Below are positions 10,079 to 18,475 of a DNA stretch of 64,000 nucleotides, in pieces. The DNA lies in the NCBI GenBank assembly GCA_035699445.1, contig DASSPX010000031.1, forward strand, positions 10,570 to 74,569. Direction: 5' to 3'. Each line of letters begins with the position of its first letter. The first letter of the stretch is position 1. The notes under the pieces are model-generated. The model was not told the origin of the DNA, did not search any database, and worked only from the letters and a program-made list of their open reading frames with translations. This DNA comes from Candidatus Limnocylindrales bacterium. GTDB lineage: Bacteria; Chloroflexota; Limnocylindria; Limnocylindrales; CSP1-4. The translations under genes were made by a program, and so were the position numbers.

Positions 10079-11848
10079 CTACCCGGTTCCGGACCCTACC
10101 GCGAGCGGATCGACGGCCCCGGCCGACGAGCCGCGAGGCGCCGATGCCTCGCCCGCGATCGAGCGCGCGACGGCCGCCGTCGAGGCGGCGAGCGCGCGCG
10201 TGGCGAGACCCCGGCAGGTCTCGGCGTCGAGCTCCGCCAGTCGCGCGCGGACGGTCCGGATCGCGGATGGTGTCACGCTCAGCTGGTCCACTCCGAGCCC
10301 GACGAGCAGCGGGATGAGCGCCGGGTCGGCGGCGGCCTCGCCACACACCGCGACGTGACCGCCGGCCGCTCGCGCCGCCCGTACGACACCGTCGATCAGC
10401 CGCAGGACCGAGGGCTGGAAGGCCGTCGCCAGGTCGACGAGGTCGGGGTTCGTGCGATCGGCGGCGAGCGTGTACTGGACGAGGTCGTTCGTGCCGATCG
10501 AGAAGAAGTCGGCGGCCGGGGCCAGCGCGTCGGCCATGATCGCCGCCGACGGCACCTCGATCATCACGCCCACCTGGATCCGCGCAGGCACCGGTCGGCC
10601 GCGCTGGACCAGCGCACGATGGACGTCGTCGAGGCGCTCCCGCGCCGCATCGAGCTCCTCGCGCGTGGACACCATCGGCAGCATCAGGCGAAGCTCCGCG
10701 CCGGCGGTCGCCTCTAGGAGCGCCGTCAGCTGGTCATCGAGCAGCGCCGAGCGACGCAGCCCGAGCCGGAGGCCGCGCACTCCGAGCGCCGGGTTGGCCT
10801 CGTTGGCCGGCTGCCACGCGGCAGGCTTGTCGCCGCCGACGTCGAGCGTGCGGAACACGACCGGCCGCCCGCCCATCGCGGCCTGGATCCCGCGGTACGC
10901 CGCGCGCTGCTCCGCGACGGTCGGCGGCGCGTGCCGTCCGAGGAACACGAGCTCGGTGCGGACGAGCCCGATCCCGTCCGCTCCGGCGGCGGCCGCCGCC
11001 TCGGCCTCGCGCGCGGACGCGACGTTCGCGACGACGCCGACGCGGGGGCCGGCTCCGGGGCTCGATGCGCCACTGGCCGCGCTCCCGACCCGCCCGCCGA
11101 CATCCGCCGGAGCCCGGAGCGCGGCCAGCTCCTCCGGTGCCGGCGCGATGAGCAGCCGCCCGCCGGACCCGTCAACAGCCCCGTCGACGTCCTCGACGAG
11201 CGCATCGATCGCCGGACCGAGCCCCAGGACGAGCGGGATGCCGAGCGCACGCGCGACGATGACCGCGTGGCCGGTCGGGGCGCCGTCGGCAAGCGCGATC
11301 CCGCCCACGAGCTCCGCACGAAGCGTGGCCACGGTGGACGGGTCGAGGTCACGGGCGACGATGATCGCCGGGTGGCCGTCGAGACGCCACAGGTCGGGCG
11401 GCGCCTCCCCGCGGACGTGGCTGGCCACCCGTCGGCCCAGGTCGCGGACGTCCGCGGCGCGCTCACGGAAGTACTCGTCGTCCACCGAGGCGAGGCGCTG
11501 GGCCTGCTCGTCGGTGGCCCGCAGGATCGCCTCGTGGGCGGCACAACCATCGGCGACGAGGGCGAGCGCGGGGTCCACGATGCCAGGGTCGCGTGCGAAC
11601 AGCGCCTGGGCCTCGAAGATCGCGCCGATCTCCTCCCCTGCCCGCTCCGAGAGCCGGGCTGCGAGTTGCTCGAGCTCGGCGGCAGCCGCCTCGAGCGCCG
11701 CCGCGAGCCGGTCGCGCTCGGACGACGGCGAGGCCGGGGCGCCGCCCGCGGGGGTCGGGCCTTCGACCTCGGCGGGACGGACCGCCAGCAGGCGTCCCGT
11801 GCCGAGACCAGGAGACCCGGGCCGGCCGACGAGGATCGCGCTGGCCAT
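10079..11848 (-). CDS. ptsI: phosphoenolpyruvate-protein phosphotransferase (PTS Enzyme I)
   Basis: Phospho-His region 'TGHAVIVARALGIP' and PEP-utilising motif 'SIGTNDLVQYTLAADR'. Confidence 0.9.
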   Translation of the reverse strand: MASAILVGRPGSPGLGTGRLLAVRPAEVEGPTPAGGAPASPSSERDRLAAALEAAAAELEQLAARLSERAGEEIGAIFEAQALFARDPGIVDPALALVADGCAAHEAILRATDEQAQRLASVDDEYFRERAADVRDLGRRVASHVRGEAPPDLWRLDGHPAIIVARDLDPSTVATLRAELVGGIALADGAPTGHAVIVARALGIPLVLGLGPAIDALVEDVDGAVDGSGGRLLIAPAPEELAALRAPADVGGRVGSAASGASSPGAGPRVGVVANVASAREAEAAAAAGADGIGLVRTELVFLGRHAPPTVAEQRAAYRGIQAAMGGRPVVFRTLDVGGDKPAAWQPANEANPALGVRGLRLGLRRSALLDDQLTALLEATAGAELRLMLPMVSTREELDAARERLDDVHRALVQRGRPVPARIQVGVMIEVPSAAIMADALAPAADFFSIGTNDLVQYTLAADRTNPDLVDLATAFQPSVLRLIDGVVRAARAAGGHVAVCGEAAADPALIPLLVGLGVDQLSVTPSAIRTVRARLAELDAETCRGLATRALAASTAAVARSIAGEASAPRGSSAGAVDPLAVGSGTG

Positions 11849-11857
11849 CGTCGTGGC

Positions 11858-12505
11858 TCAGTTGCCCGCCGCGTCGGCGAGCGCGCGCAGGAGCAGCGCC
11901 GCGGACGTGGCGCCGGGGTCCTGATGGCCGATCGAACGCTCGCCGAGGTACGACGCGCGTCCCTTTGTCGCTAGCATCGGGATGGTGGCTCGCACCCCTG
12001 CCTCGGCAGCTTCGGCGATCGCACGGGTCACGGCGACCGAATCGGCACCCGCGGTGAGTGCCTCCCGGCCGGCCGTGGCCGCCGGGACAAGGGCGTCGAG
12101 CATCGTCTTCTCGCCGGTCGTGGCCTTGCCGAGTGACGTGATCCCCCCGATTCCCGCGTCCAGCGCGTCGACCAGGAGCTCGGACGCCGGACGCGAGCCG
12201 TCGGCCGCGACGACGGCACCGCCCGCCCGCATGAGCGCCGTGCCGTAGAGGGGTCCCGAGGCGCCGCCCACGGTGCTGATCAGCGTCCGACCGGCGACCC
12301 GCAGGATCGCGCCCGCGACCGCCGTCTCGCCGTCCCCGTCAGGACGCGGCCCGTCCAGCGCGGCAACGATGGCGGAGAACCCACGGTCCATGTTCGTGCC
12401 GTGGTCGCCGTCCCCGATCGCCTGGTCGAGCGCGGTCAGGGCCCCCGCCTGTTCGTGGATGCGCGCCGCGGCCAGCCGCAGCCACGCCTCGATGACGTCG
12501 ATCAT
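11858..12505 (-). CDS. dhaL: dihydroxyacetone kinase ADP-binding subunit DhaL
   Basis: 215 aa; the 'GDGDHGTNM' Mg-nucleotide motif lies 30 aa from the N-terminus (DAK2 domain). Confidence 0.9.
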   Translation of the reverse strand: MIDVIEAWLRLAAARIHEQAGALTALDQAIGDGDHGTNMDRGFSAIVAALDGPRPDGDGETAVAGAILRVAGRTLISTVGGASGPLYGTALMRAGGAVVAADGSRPASELLVDALDAGIGGITSLGKATTGEKTMLDALVPAATAGREALTAGADSVAVTRAIAEAAEAGVRATIPMLATKGRASYLGERSIGHQDPGATSAALLLRALADAAGN

Positions 12506-12553
12506 GAGCCACCTTCGTCTGCCGGGCTGGATCTCGAGCCCCCGAGTCTAGGC

Positions 12554-12592
12554 GGGTGGCCGCGTCCGCCGTCGGCGGGAGCGCGGCCACCC
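12554..12592 (-). other. long composite hairpin inside the 125-nt dhaK-dhaL spacer
   Basis: GGGTGGCCGCG-t-CCGCC-gtc-GGCGG-gag-CGCGGCCACCC, i.e. 11 bp + 5 bp of perfect pairing. Confidence 0.5.
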
Positions 12593-12630
12593 TGGAGTGA
12601 GGGAGGGCTGTCGTCAGCGAGCCCGACGGC

Positions 12631-13653
12631 TCACGCGCCCCACCGGAGGGCGGGCGTGTGGACCGGCGCGTCCCACCAGCGGACGACGTCGTCGTCGAGG
12701 CGCAGCAACGTGACCGAGAACCCGGCCATCTCGAGGCTCGTGATGTAGTTGCCCACGAGCGAGCGCTCGATCGAGATGCCCTGCCCGCCGAGGATCCTCG
12801 CCACGCTGTTGAACGCGACGTAGAGCTCGATGAGCGGTGTGCCGCCCATGCCGTTGACGAACGCGAGGACTCGGTCGCCGCGACCCAGACCCAGGTCGCC
12901 GACGATCGGCGAGACCAGCCACTCGGCCATGTCGTCGACCGGAGCGAGCTTCTCGCGCCGTCGACCCGGCTCGCCGTGGATGCCGATCCCGACCTCGACC
13001 TCGTCATCGGCCAGGTCGAACGTCGGCGTTCCGGCGGCCGGCACGACGCAGGAGGTGAGCGCGAGGCCCATCGAGCGACCCTGCGTGTTCACCTTCGTGG
13101 CCGTGGCCGTCACCTCGGCGAGCGAGCCGCCCGCCTCGGCATGTGCACCGGCGATCTTCTCAAGCAGGACCGTCACGCCGACGCCCCGGCGTCCGGCCGT
13201 GTACAGCGAATCCTGGACGGCGACGTCGTCGTTCGTGACCACGCTCGCGACCTCGATCTCGCCCGCCACGAGCTCCGCGGCGAGCTGAAAGTTGAGGACG
13301 TCGCCGGTGTAGTTCTTCACGATGTGGAGCACGCCCGCTCCGCCATCCACAGCGCGCGTGGCGGCCTCCATCTGGTCGGGCACCGGGGACGTGAACACGT
13401 TGCCGGCACATGCCGCGTCGAGCATGCCCAGGCCCACGAAGCCGCCGTGGAGCGGCTCGTGCCCGGAGCCGCCGCCCGAGACGAGGGCGACCTTGCCCCG
13501 CCGCGGGCCGCCGGCCCGCAGGACGACATTGTTCCGGGCGTCGATCGTCACGAGGTCTGGATGCGCGGCCTGAAGGCCCGCGAGGCTCTCGGGGACGATG
13601 GCGTCCACGGCGTTGATGAGCTTCTTCACCCGGCTGGGTGCGTTGGTGGCCAT
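12631..13653 (-). CDS. dhaK: dihydroxyacetone kinase subunit DhaK
   Basis: Internal ATG at 13653 with AGGAGGG 6 nt upstream. Protein starts '[14 protein letters not shown]' and has the 'GGGSGHEP' motif. The longer ORF extension (to 14262) overlaps glpF and is rejected. Confidence 0.9.
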   Translation of the reverse strand: MATNAPSRVKKLINAVDAIVPESLAGLQAAHPDLVTIDARNNVVLRAGGPRRGKVALVSGGGSGHEPLHGGFVGLGMLDAACAGNVFTSPVPDQMEAATRAVDGGAGVLHIVKNYTGDVLNFQLAAELVAGEIEVASVVTNDDVAVQDSLYTAGRRGVGVTVLLEKIAGAHAEAGGSLAEVTATATKVNTQGRSMGLALTSCVVPAAGTPTFDLADDEVEVGIGIHGEPGRRREKLAPVDDMAEWLVSPIVGDLGLGRGDRVLAFVNGMGGTPLIELYVAFNSVARILGGQGISIERSLVGNYITSLEMAGFSVTLLRLDDDVVRWWDAPVHTPALRWGA

Positions 13654-13691
13654 GGATCCCTCCTGTGCGCTACGGCGTGTTCCGGCGCCGG

Positions 13692-14477
13692 TCAGGCGTC
13701 GGCGGTGGCCCGGTCGCGGACCGGAGCGGATGCGGTGACGGCCGCGGGCGCCTCGCGCCCGATGAACTCGTAGAGGAATGCACCCACCACGCCGCCGATC
13801 GTCGAGCCGAAGACGTACACGACGAGCAGCTGGTCGACGGGCACCGGGGTGGCCCCGATCGCCTGGCCGAGGATGGCCGGGCCGAGCTCGCGGGCGGGAT
13901 TCAGTGACGCGCCCGTGATGGGCCCGACGAGGATGATGATCCCGTAGACGATGAAGCCGATGATCAGCCCTGCGAACCCGGCAGGCGCCTTGCCCGACAC
14001 GGCAGCCCCGAAGACGGTGAACACGAGGATCGCGGTACCGATCACCTCGGCCGCGAAGCCGATCGCGAGCCCGGCGTTCGCGTTCACCGAGACGGCGCCC
14101 AGGCCGAGCGCCGCGGGATCGTTGCCCTGCAGGATGATCAGTGTGAGCCCGGCGCCGAGGAATGCGCCGACGAGCTGGGCGGCGATGTAGCTGCCCGCGG
14201 TCCGTGCGTCGATCCGGCGCGTGGCGAGCAGCGAGATCGTGACCGCGGGATTGATGTGGCACCCGCTGATGTGTCCGATCGAGTACACGGCCGCGAAGAT
14301 CGCGAACGCGAACGAGAAGGAGATCGTGGACAGGCCGGCCGTGCCGTCGATGCCCGTGCCGCCGGCACCGGCGGTCAGGAACACCGTGAGCGGCACCGAG
14401 CCGGCACCGATGAATACGAGGATCGCAGTGCCGATGGCCTCGGCGGTCAGCTTCTGCGCAAGGGTGGGCGATGACAT
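13692..14477 (-). CDS. glpF: MIP-family glycerol/DHA facilitator
   Basis: Two NPA boxes ('NPAVT', 'NPAREL') and six hydrophobic segments. Confidence 0.9.
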   Translation of the reverse strand: MSSPTLAQKLTAEAIGTAILVFIGAGSVPLTVFLTAGAGGTGIDGTAGLSTISFSFAFAIFAAVYSIGHISGCHINPAVTISLLATRRIDARTAGSYIAAQLVGAFLGAGLTLIILQGNDPAALGLGAVSVNANAGLAIGFAAEVIGTAILVFTVFGAAVSGKAPAGFAGLIIGFIVYGIIILVGPITGASLNPARELGPAILGQAIGATPVPVDQLLVVYVFGSTIGGVVGAFLYEFIGREAPAAVTASAPVRDRATADA

Positions 14478-14510
14478 CCGATTCCTCCTGGGCTCCTGGG
14501 ACGCGCCGGC

Positions 14511-14780
14511 TCAGCCGGCTGCGCTGACGTAGGGGGCGAGTTCCGCCGCGAGCGCCGTGAGGGCCTCCTCCGCGTCGGGGCCCTCCGCGGCAAGCGTGAT
14601 CTCGGACGACGGGCGGATCGTCAGGCCGAGGAGGGCGATGAGACTCTTCGCGTCGGCCTCGCGGCCGTCGTCGCGGATGACGATGCGACTCGTGAACCGG
14701 GTTGCCGTCTGGACGAACTTCGCCGCCGGGCGCGCATGGAGCCCGGCCGGATCGATGACGAGCAGTCGAACCTCCGCCAC
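14511..14780 (-). CDS. HPr-family phosphocarrier protein
   Basis: 89 aa with the 'GLHARPA' active-site His region. Confidence 0.85.
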   Translation of the reverse strand: MAEVRLLVIDPAGLHARPAAKFVQTATRFTSRIVIRDDGREADAKSLIALLGLTIRPSSEITLAAEGPDAEEALTALAAELAPYVSAAG

Positions 14781-14782
14781 CG

Positions 14783-15190
14783 TCAGCTCCCCGCGAACTT
14801 GGTCATCGTCGCGGCGCCCTCCGCCGCGGCCATGACCTCGTCGATCGACGCGCCGACGCTCGCCTGGACGGCGGCAAGCACCGCCCCCTCCACGATCGGT
14901 GCGCTGCTGATGCGGACGCGAGCCCGCTCCTCCGGCTCGAGCTCCTCGCAGGCGAGCTCGAGGCTGAGCGCGGCGCTGCCAAGGTCGAGCAGCACGAGGA
15001 CGTCGGACGCGCCCGCGCCGAGCACGGACCGCATCGCCGCGGCGATGCGCGGTGCGCTCGTGCCGAGACGTCCGTCCTCGGTGCCGCCGGCCGTGGCCAC
15101 CGAAACGGAGTCACCGGCGACCTGGACGACCATGTCGCGCAGGCCCTCGACGAGGGTTCCGCTGTGGGACACGAGGACCAGACCCACCAA
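14783..15190 (-). CDS. dhaM: PTS EIIA(Man)-like phosphotransferase subunit DhaM (EIIA domain only)
   Basis: Starts '[11 protein letters not shown]' with the typical EIIA-Man/DhaM His. AGGAGG lies 5 nt upstream of the TTG start. Confidence 0.8.
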   Translation of the reverse strand: MVGLVLVSHSGTLVEGLRDMVVQVAGDSVSVATAGGTEDGRLGTSAPRIAAAMRSVLGAGASDVLVLLDLGSAALSLELACEELEPEERARVRISSAPIVEGAVLAAVQASVGASIDEVMAAAEGAATMTKFAGS

Positions 15191-15242
15191 CCATGCCTCC
15201 TCTCAGTACCCGTTGGGATGGCGGCGATGCTGGACCACGGGT

Positions 15243-15272
15243 CGTCAAGAACCAAGCAAGAGCGCGTCAAGA
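15243..15272. promoter_or_regulatory. direct repeat CGTCAAGA x2 (22-bp phasing) in the divergent dhaM / DhaL-paralogue control region
   Basis: CGTCAAGA at 15243-15250 and 15265-15272, inside the least GC-rich stretch of the 238-bp intergenic region. Confidence 0.35.
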
Positions 15273-15428
15273 GATGCGGAAAAGGTGCGGCCGCGTGCCG
15301 CCGGCGGCCCCGGACCCGTTACCGACCGGTGACGGCGACGCCTACACTCGCCGACCGTGACGCCGCTCGCGCGCTCCCCTGCCGCACCGCTCCCGGCCTC
15401 GACGTCGCCGGCACCGCAGCCCGGGCCG

Positions 15429-16052
15429 GTGATCGACGCGCCCGCAGTGCGGGCCGCCCTGAGGCGCTGCTGCCGGATCGTCGAGCGCCATGCGGCCTGG
15501 CTGACGCGCCTCGATGCGGTGCTCGGTGACGGTGACCATGGCGACAACCTCGTCATCGGCTTCCGGGCCGTGGACGCGATGCTCGCCGAGCTGCCGGAGG
15601 ACGTGCCACCCGGGGAACTGCTGCGCGCTGTCGGGCACCGGCTCGTGGCGGCCGTGGGCGGGGCATCGGGGCCGCTGTACGGCACCGCCTTCCTGGAGGC
15701 GGGCGCCGTGCTCGGCGACGCGCCGACGGCCGCCGCGGACCAGCTCGGCCCGATGCTCTCGGCCGCGGCTGCCGGCCTGGCGCGACGCGGACGGTGCGCC
15801 ATCGGCGACAAGACGATCCTCGACACGATCGGGCCGGCCGCGCATGTTCTTGAGCGCGAGCTGGCAGCCGGGGCGCCGCCGGACCGCGCGTACGGAGCCG
15901 CCGTGCGGGCCGGGGCGCGAGGCATGTGGTCCACCCGGCCGCTCGTCGCCCGACGTGGACTGGCGATGCGCCTGGGCGAGCGAGCGATCGGGCAACTCGA
16001 TCCGGGTGCGGTGTCGTGCCTCCTCCTGCTGCGCGCGTTCGGCGACGACTGA
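15429..16052 (+). CDS. DAK2-domain protein (second, stand-alone DhaL paralogue)
   Basis: 'GDGDHGDNL' motif. A GTG start at 15429 gives 'VIDAPAV..', collinear with DhaL 'MIDVIEAW..'. The longest ORF starts at 15357. Confidence 0.8.
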   Translation: MIDAPAVRAALRRCCRIVERHAAWLTRLDAVLGDGDHGDNLVIGFRAVDAMLAELPEDVPPGELLRAVGHRLVAAVGGASGPLYGTAFLEAGAVLGDAPTAAADQLGPMLSAAAAGLARRGRCAIGDKTILDTIGPAAHVLERELAAGAPPDRAYGAAVRAGARGMWSTRPLVARRGLAMRLGERAIGQLDPGAVSCLLLLRAFGDD

Positions 16053-16059
16053 CCCGTCG

Positions 16060-17694
16060 ATGAGCGAGCGCGCCACGCTGCAGGCACGGATCGAGGCGCT
16101 GCAGGCGCGGGCCGACGCGTTGCACGCCCGGGTCGAGTCACTGGAGCGCGAACGGCGGCGGTCGTTCGACGAGGCCCAGCGGGAGGCCGACTCGCTGTTC
16201 GCCCAGTACCAACTGAGCCAGCTGCTGGCATCCGGCGGCTCCCTGCCTGAGCTCGCTGCCGCCGTCCTGTCGGAGCTGGTCCGCCTGGCCGGCGCCGCGG
16301 CCGGTGCGCTGTGGCTCGGTGCCGACGGGACGGACCGGCTGGACTGCGTCGCCCAGGTCGGTACGGCACGCACCGGCGGTCAGGCGCTCGTCCTGTCCGA
16401 CGAGGCGCCCCAGACGGTCCTTGTCGTGTGGCCGGTCGAGGGCCGCGTCCTCGACGAGGACGGGCTGCGGGTCGCGCAGCTCGCCCGGCACGAGCTCGCG
16501 GTCGCGTTCGCCGGCGCGCGCCTTCGCGAGGCGTTCGAGCAGGAGCGACACGAGCTGGAGGCCATCGTCGACGGGTCGACCGACCTCATCGTCCAGGTGG
16601 ACGCGGATGGCTCGGTGGTGCGCCTCAACCCGGCGGGTGAGCAGCTGCTGGGGGTCAGCGCCGCGACGGCCCTCGGACGACCGTGCGTCGATGTCCTCGG
16701 GTGCGAGGTCGCCGGCGCCCACGCGGCGTCCGCGTGCCCGCTGGCAGAGGCACTCGCCACCGGGGTGCCCATCGCGTACCGCGAGTCCGCTGTCCGCGGC
16801 GCGGCCGGGTCGCCCGTGCGGGTCGCAGGCAGCTACGCCGCCGCCTCGGGAATCGGGACCGCTCGCGCGACCGCCATCCTGCGCGACATGAGCGCCGTGC
16901 GGGCGCTCGAGGAGCTTCGGGAAGGTTTTGTCGCGACCGTGAGCCACGAGCTCCGGACCCCGCTCGCGCTCATCCGCGGCTACACGGAGACGCTGCTCCA
17001 TCTCGATCTCGAGCCCGACCGGCAGCGCGCGTTCGTCGAACGGATCGATGAGGCGACCAATCGGCTCGTGTCGCTCGTCGACCAGGTCCTCGACGTGACG
17101 CATCTCCAGGCGGATCCCCTCATCCTCGAGCGGTCGCCGACGACGTTCGCCACGCTCGCGGCACGGCTCCGCGGGGACCTCGACGTCGCCGGCGGAGCGG
17201 AACGGCTGGTCGTCACCGCGCCCGGCGACCTGCCGCCGGTCAGCGTCGACGTCGCGCGCGTGAGTCAGATCCTGGCCAACATCGTCGGCAACGCGCTCAA
17301 GTACGCCCCGGCCGGAACGCCGGTCGTGCTGGGTGCCGAGGCGGCCGACGGGTGGCTCACCGTGAGCGTGGACGACGAAGGGGTCGGCGTACCGGAGGAG
17401 GATCGATCGCTCGTGACCGAGCCCTTCCACCGCGCCTGGAACGTCCGTGAATCGCGCATTCCGGGAACGGGCCTCGGCCTGTTCATCAGCCGCCGCCTCG
17501 TGGAGGCGCACGGGGGCCGGCTCGCCCTGGGCGATCGGCCGGACGGCCGGCCGGGAACGCGGGTGACGTTCACGCTGCCGCTCGCAGGGGCCGAGACATC
17601 GGTCGCCGGTCCGACGGTCGCCGGTCCGTCTCCGCGCGCCGGGTCGCCGGTTGCATCCGCCCCGCTCTCCGCCGAGGCCGACAGCCGTGACTGA
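16060..17694 (+). CDS. soluble sensor histidine kinase (coiled-coil, GAF-like, PAS, HisKA, HATPase_c)
   Basis: H-box 'VSHELRTPL', N/G boxes 'GNALKYAP' and 'GTGLGLFISRRLVEAHGG', PAS-like 'LEAIVDGSTDLIVQVDADGSVVRLNPAGEQLLG'. I saw no hydrophobic TM segment. Confidence 0.9.
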   Translation: MSERATLQARIEALQARADALHARVESLERERRRSFDEAQREADSLFAQYQLSQLLASGGSLPELAAAVLSELVRLAGAAAGALWLGADGTDRLDCVAQVGTARTGGQALVLSDEAPQTVLVVWPVEGRVLDEDGLRVAQLARHELAVAFAGARLREAFEQERHELEAIVDGSTDLIVQVDADGSVVRLNPAGEQLLGVSAATALGRPCVDVLGCEVAGAHAASACPLAEALATGVPIAYRESAVRGAAGSPVRVAGSYAAASGIGTARATAILRDMSAVRALEELREGFVATVSHELRTPLALIRGYTETLLHLDLEPDRQRAFVERIDEATNRLVSLVDQVLDVTHLQADPLILERSPTTFATLAARLRGDLDVAGGAERLVVTAPGDLPPVSVDVARVSQILANIVGNALKYAPAGTPVVLGAEAADGWLTVSVDDEGVGVPEEDRSLVTEPFHRAWNVRESRIPGTGLGLFISRRLVEAHGGRLALGDRPDGRPGTRVTFTLPLAGAETSVAGPTVAGPSPRAGSPVASAPLSAEADSRD

Positions 17695-18475
17695 GACGAT
17701 CCTCATCGTCGAGGACGAGCCCGAGTTCAGCGAGCTCGTCGAGCTGTGGATGACCCGGGCCGGGTACCGGGCGGTCGCCGCCCGCACCGGCCCGGACGGC
17801 CTGCGCCGGTTCTACGACGAGCGGCCCGACCTCGTGATCCTCGATGTCGCGCTGCCGGGGCTGGACGGCTGGCAGCTGATCGAGCGGATCCGGGAGTTCA
17901 GCCGCGTGCCGATCCTCATGGTCACGGCGCGGGGCTCGGAGGCCGAGAAGGTGCGCGGCCTGAAGCTCGGTGCGGACGACTACATCACGAAGCCCCTGAG
18001 CCTCCCGGAGCTGACGGCGCGCGTGGAGGCCGCGCTCCGGCGGGCGGCAACGGCCGCGCCCGAGCGACCGACCCGGCTCCGCCACCGCGATCTGGTCGTG
18101 GACCTGGACGACCACCGCGCCCACCTGCGAGGGACCGAGGTGCGGCTGACGCCCACGGAGTTCCGGCTGCTCGCGTACCTCGTGCAGCACGCGGGACAGC
18201 TGGCGACGCACCGCCAGATCCTGGGGGCCGTCTGGGGATCGGGCTACGACCGCGATGTCCACCTGCTCCGGATGACGATCCGGAATCTGCGGTTGCGGCT
18301 CGACGCCGCCGCGCCCGGCGAGACGTACATCACGACCGAGTACGGGCTCGGGTATCGACTCGCGGGGCAACAGGCTGCAGCCGCGAGCCCCTCGACCGGC
18401 CCGCGGCCTACCCTTGGCGCGAACGGCGACAGCGAGGCGGAAGGGGCGAGCGATGACCGACACCGTGGTTCGTGA
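17687..18475 (+). CDS. OmpR/PhoB-family response regulator
   Basis: Receiver 'ILIVEDEPEF..DLVILDVALPGLDG..KP' and winged helix 'LTPTEFRLLAYL..EYGLGYRL'. GTG start overlaps the kinase stop (GTGACTGA). Confidence 0.9.
   Translation: MTETILIVEDEPEFSELVELWMTRAGYRAVAARTGPDGLRRFYDERPDLVILDVALPGLDGWQLIERIREFSRVPILMVTARGSEAEKVRGLKLGADDYITKPLSLPELTARVEAALRRAATAAPERPTRLRHRDLVVDLDDHRAHLRGTEVRLTPTEFRLLAYLVQHAGQLATHRQILGAVWGSGYDRDVHLLRMTIRNLRLRLDAAAPGETYITTEYGLGYRLAGQQAAAASPSTGPRPTLGANGDSEAEGASDDRHRGS

Noticed and set aside
12631-14262. 543-aa ORF as an extended DhaK
   Set aside because: The N-terminal 200 residues are Arg/His/Gly-rich, overlap glpF on the same strand in another frame, and precede a strong SD + ATG at 13653 that yields a canonical DhaK N-terminus.
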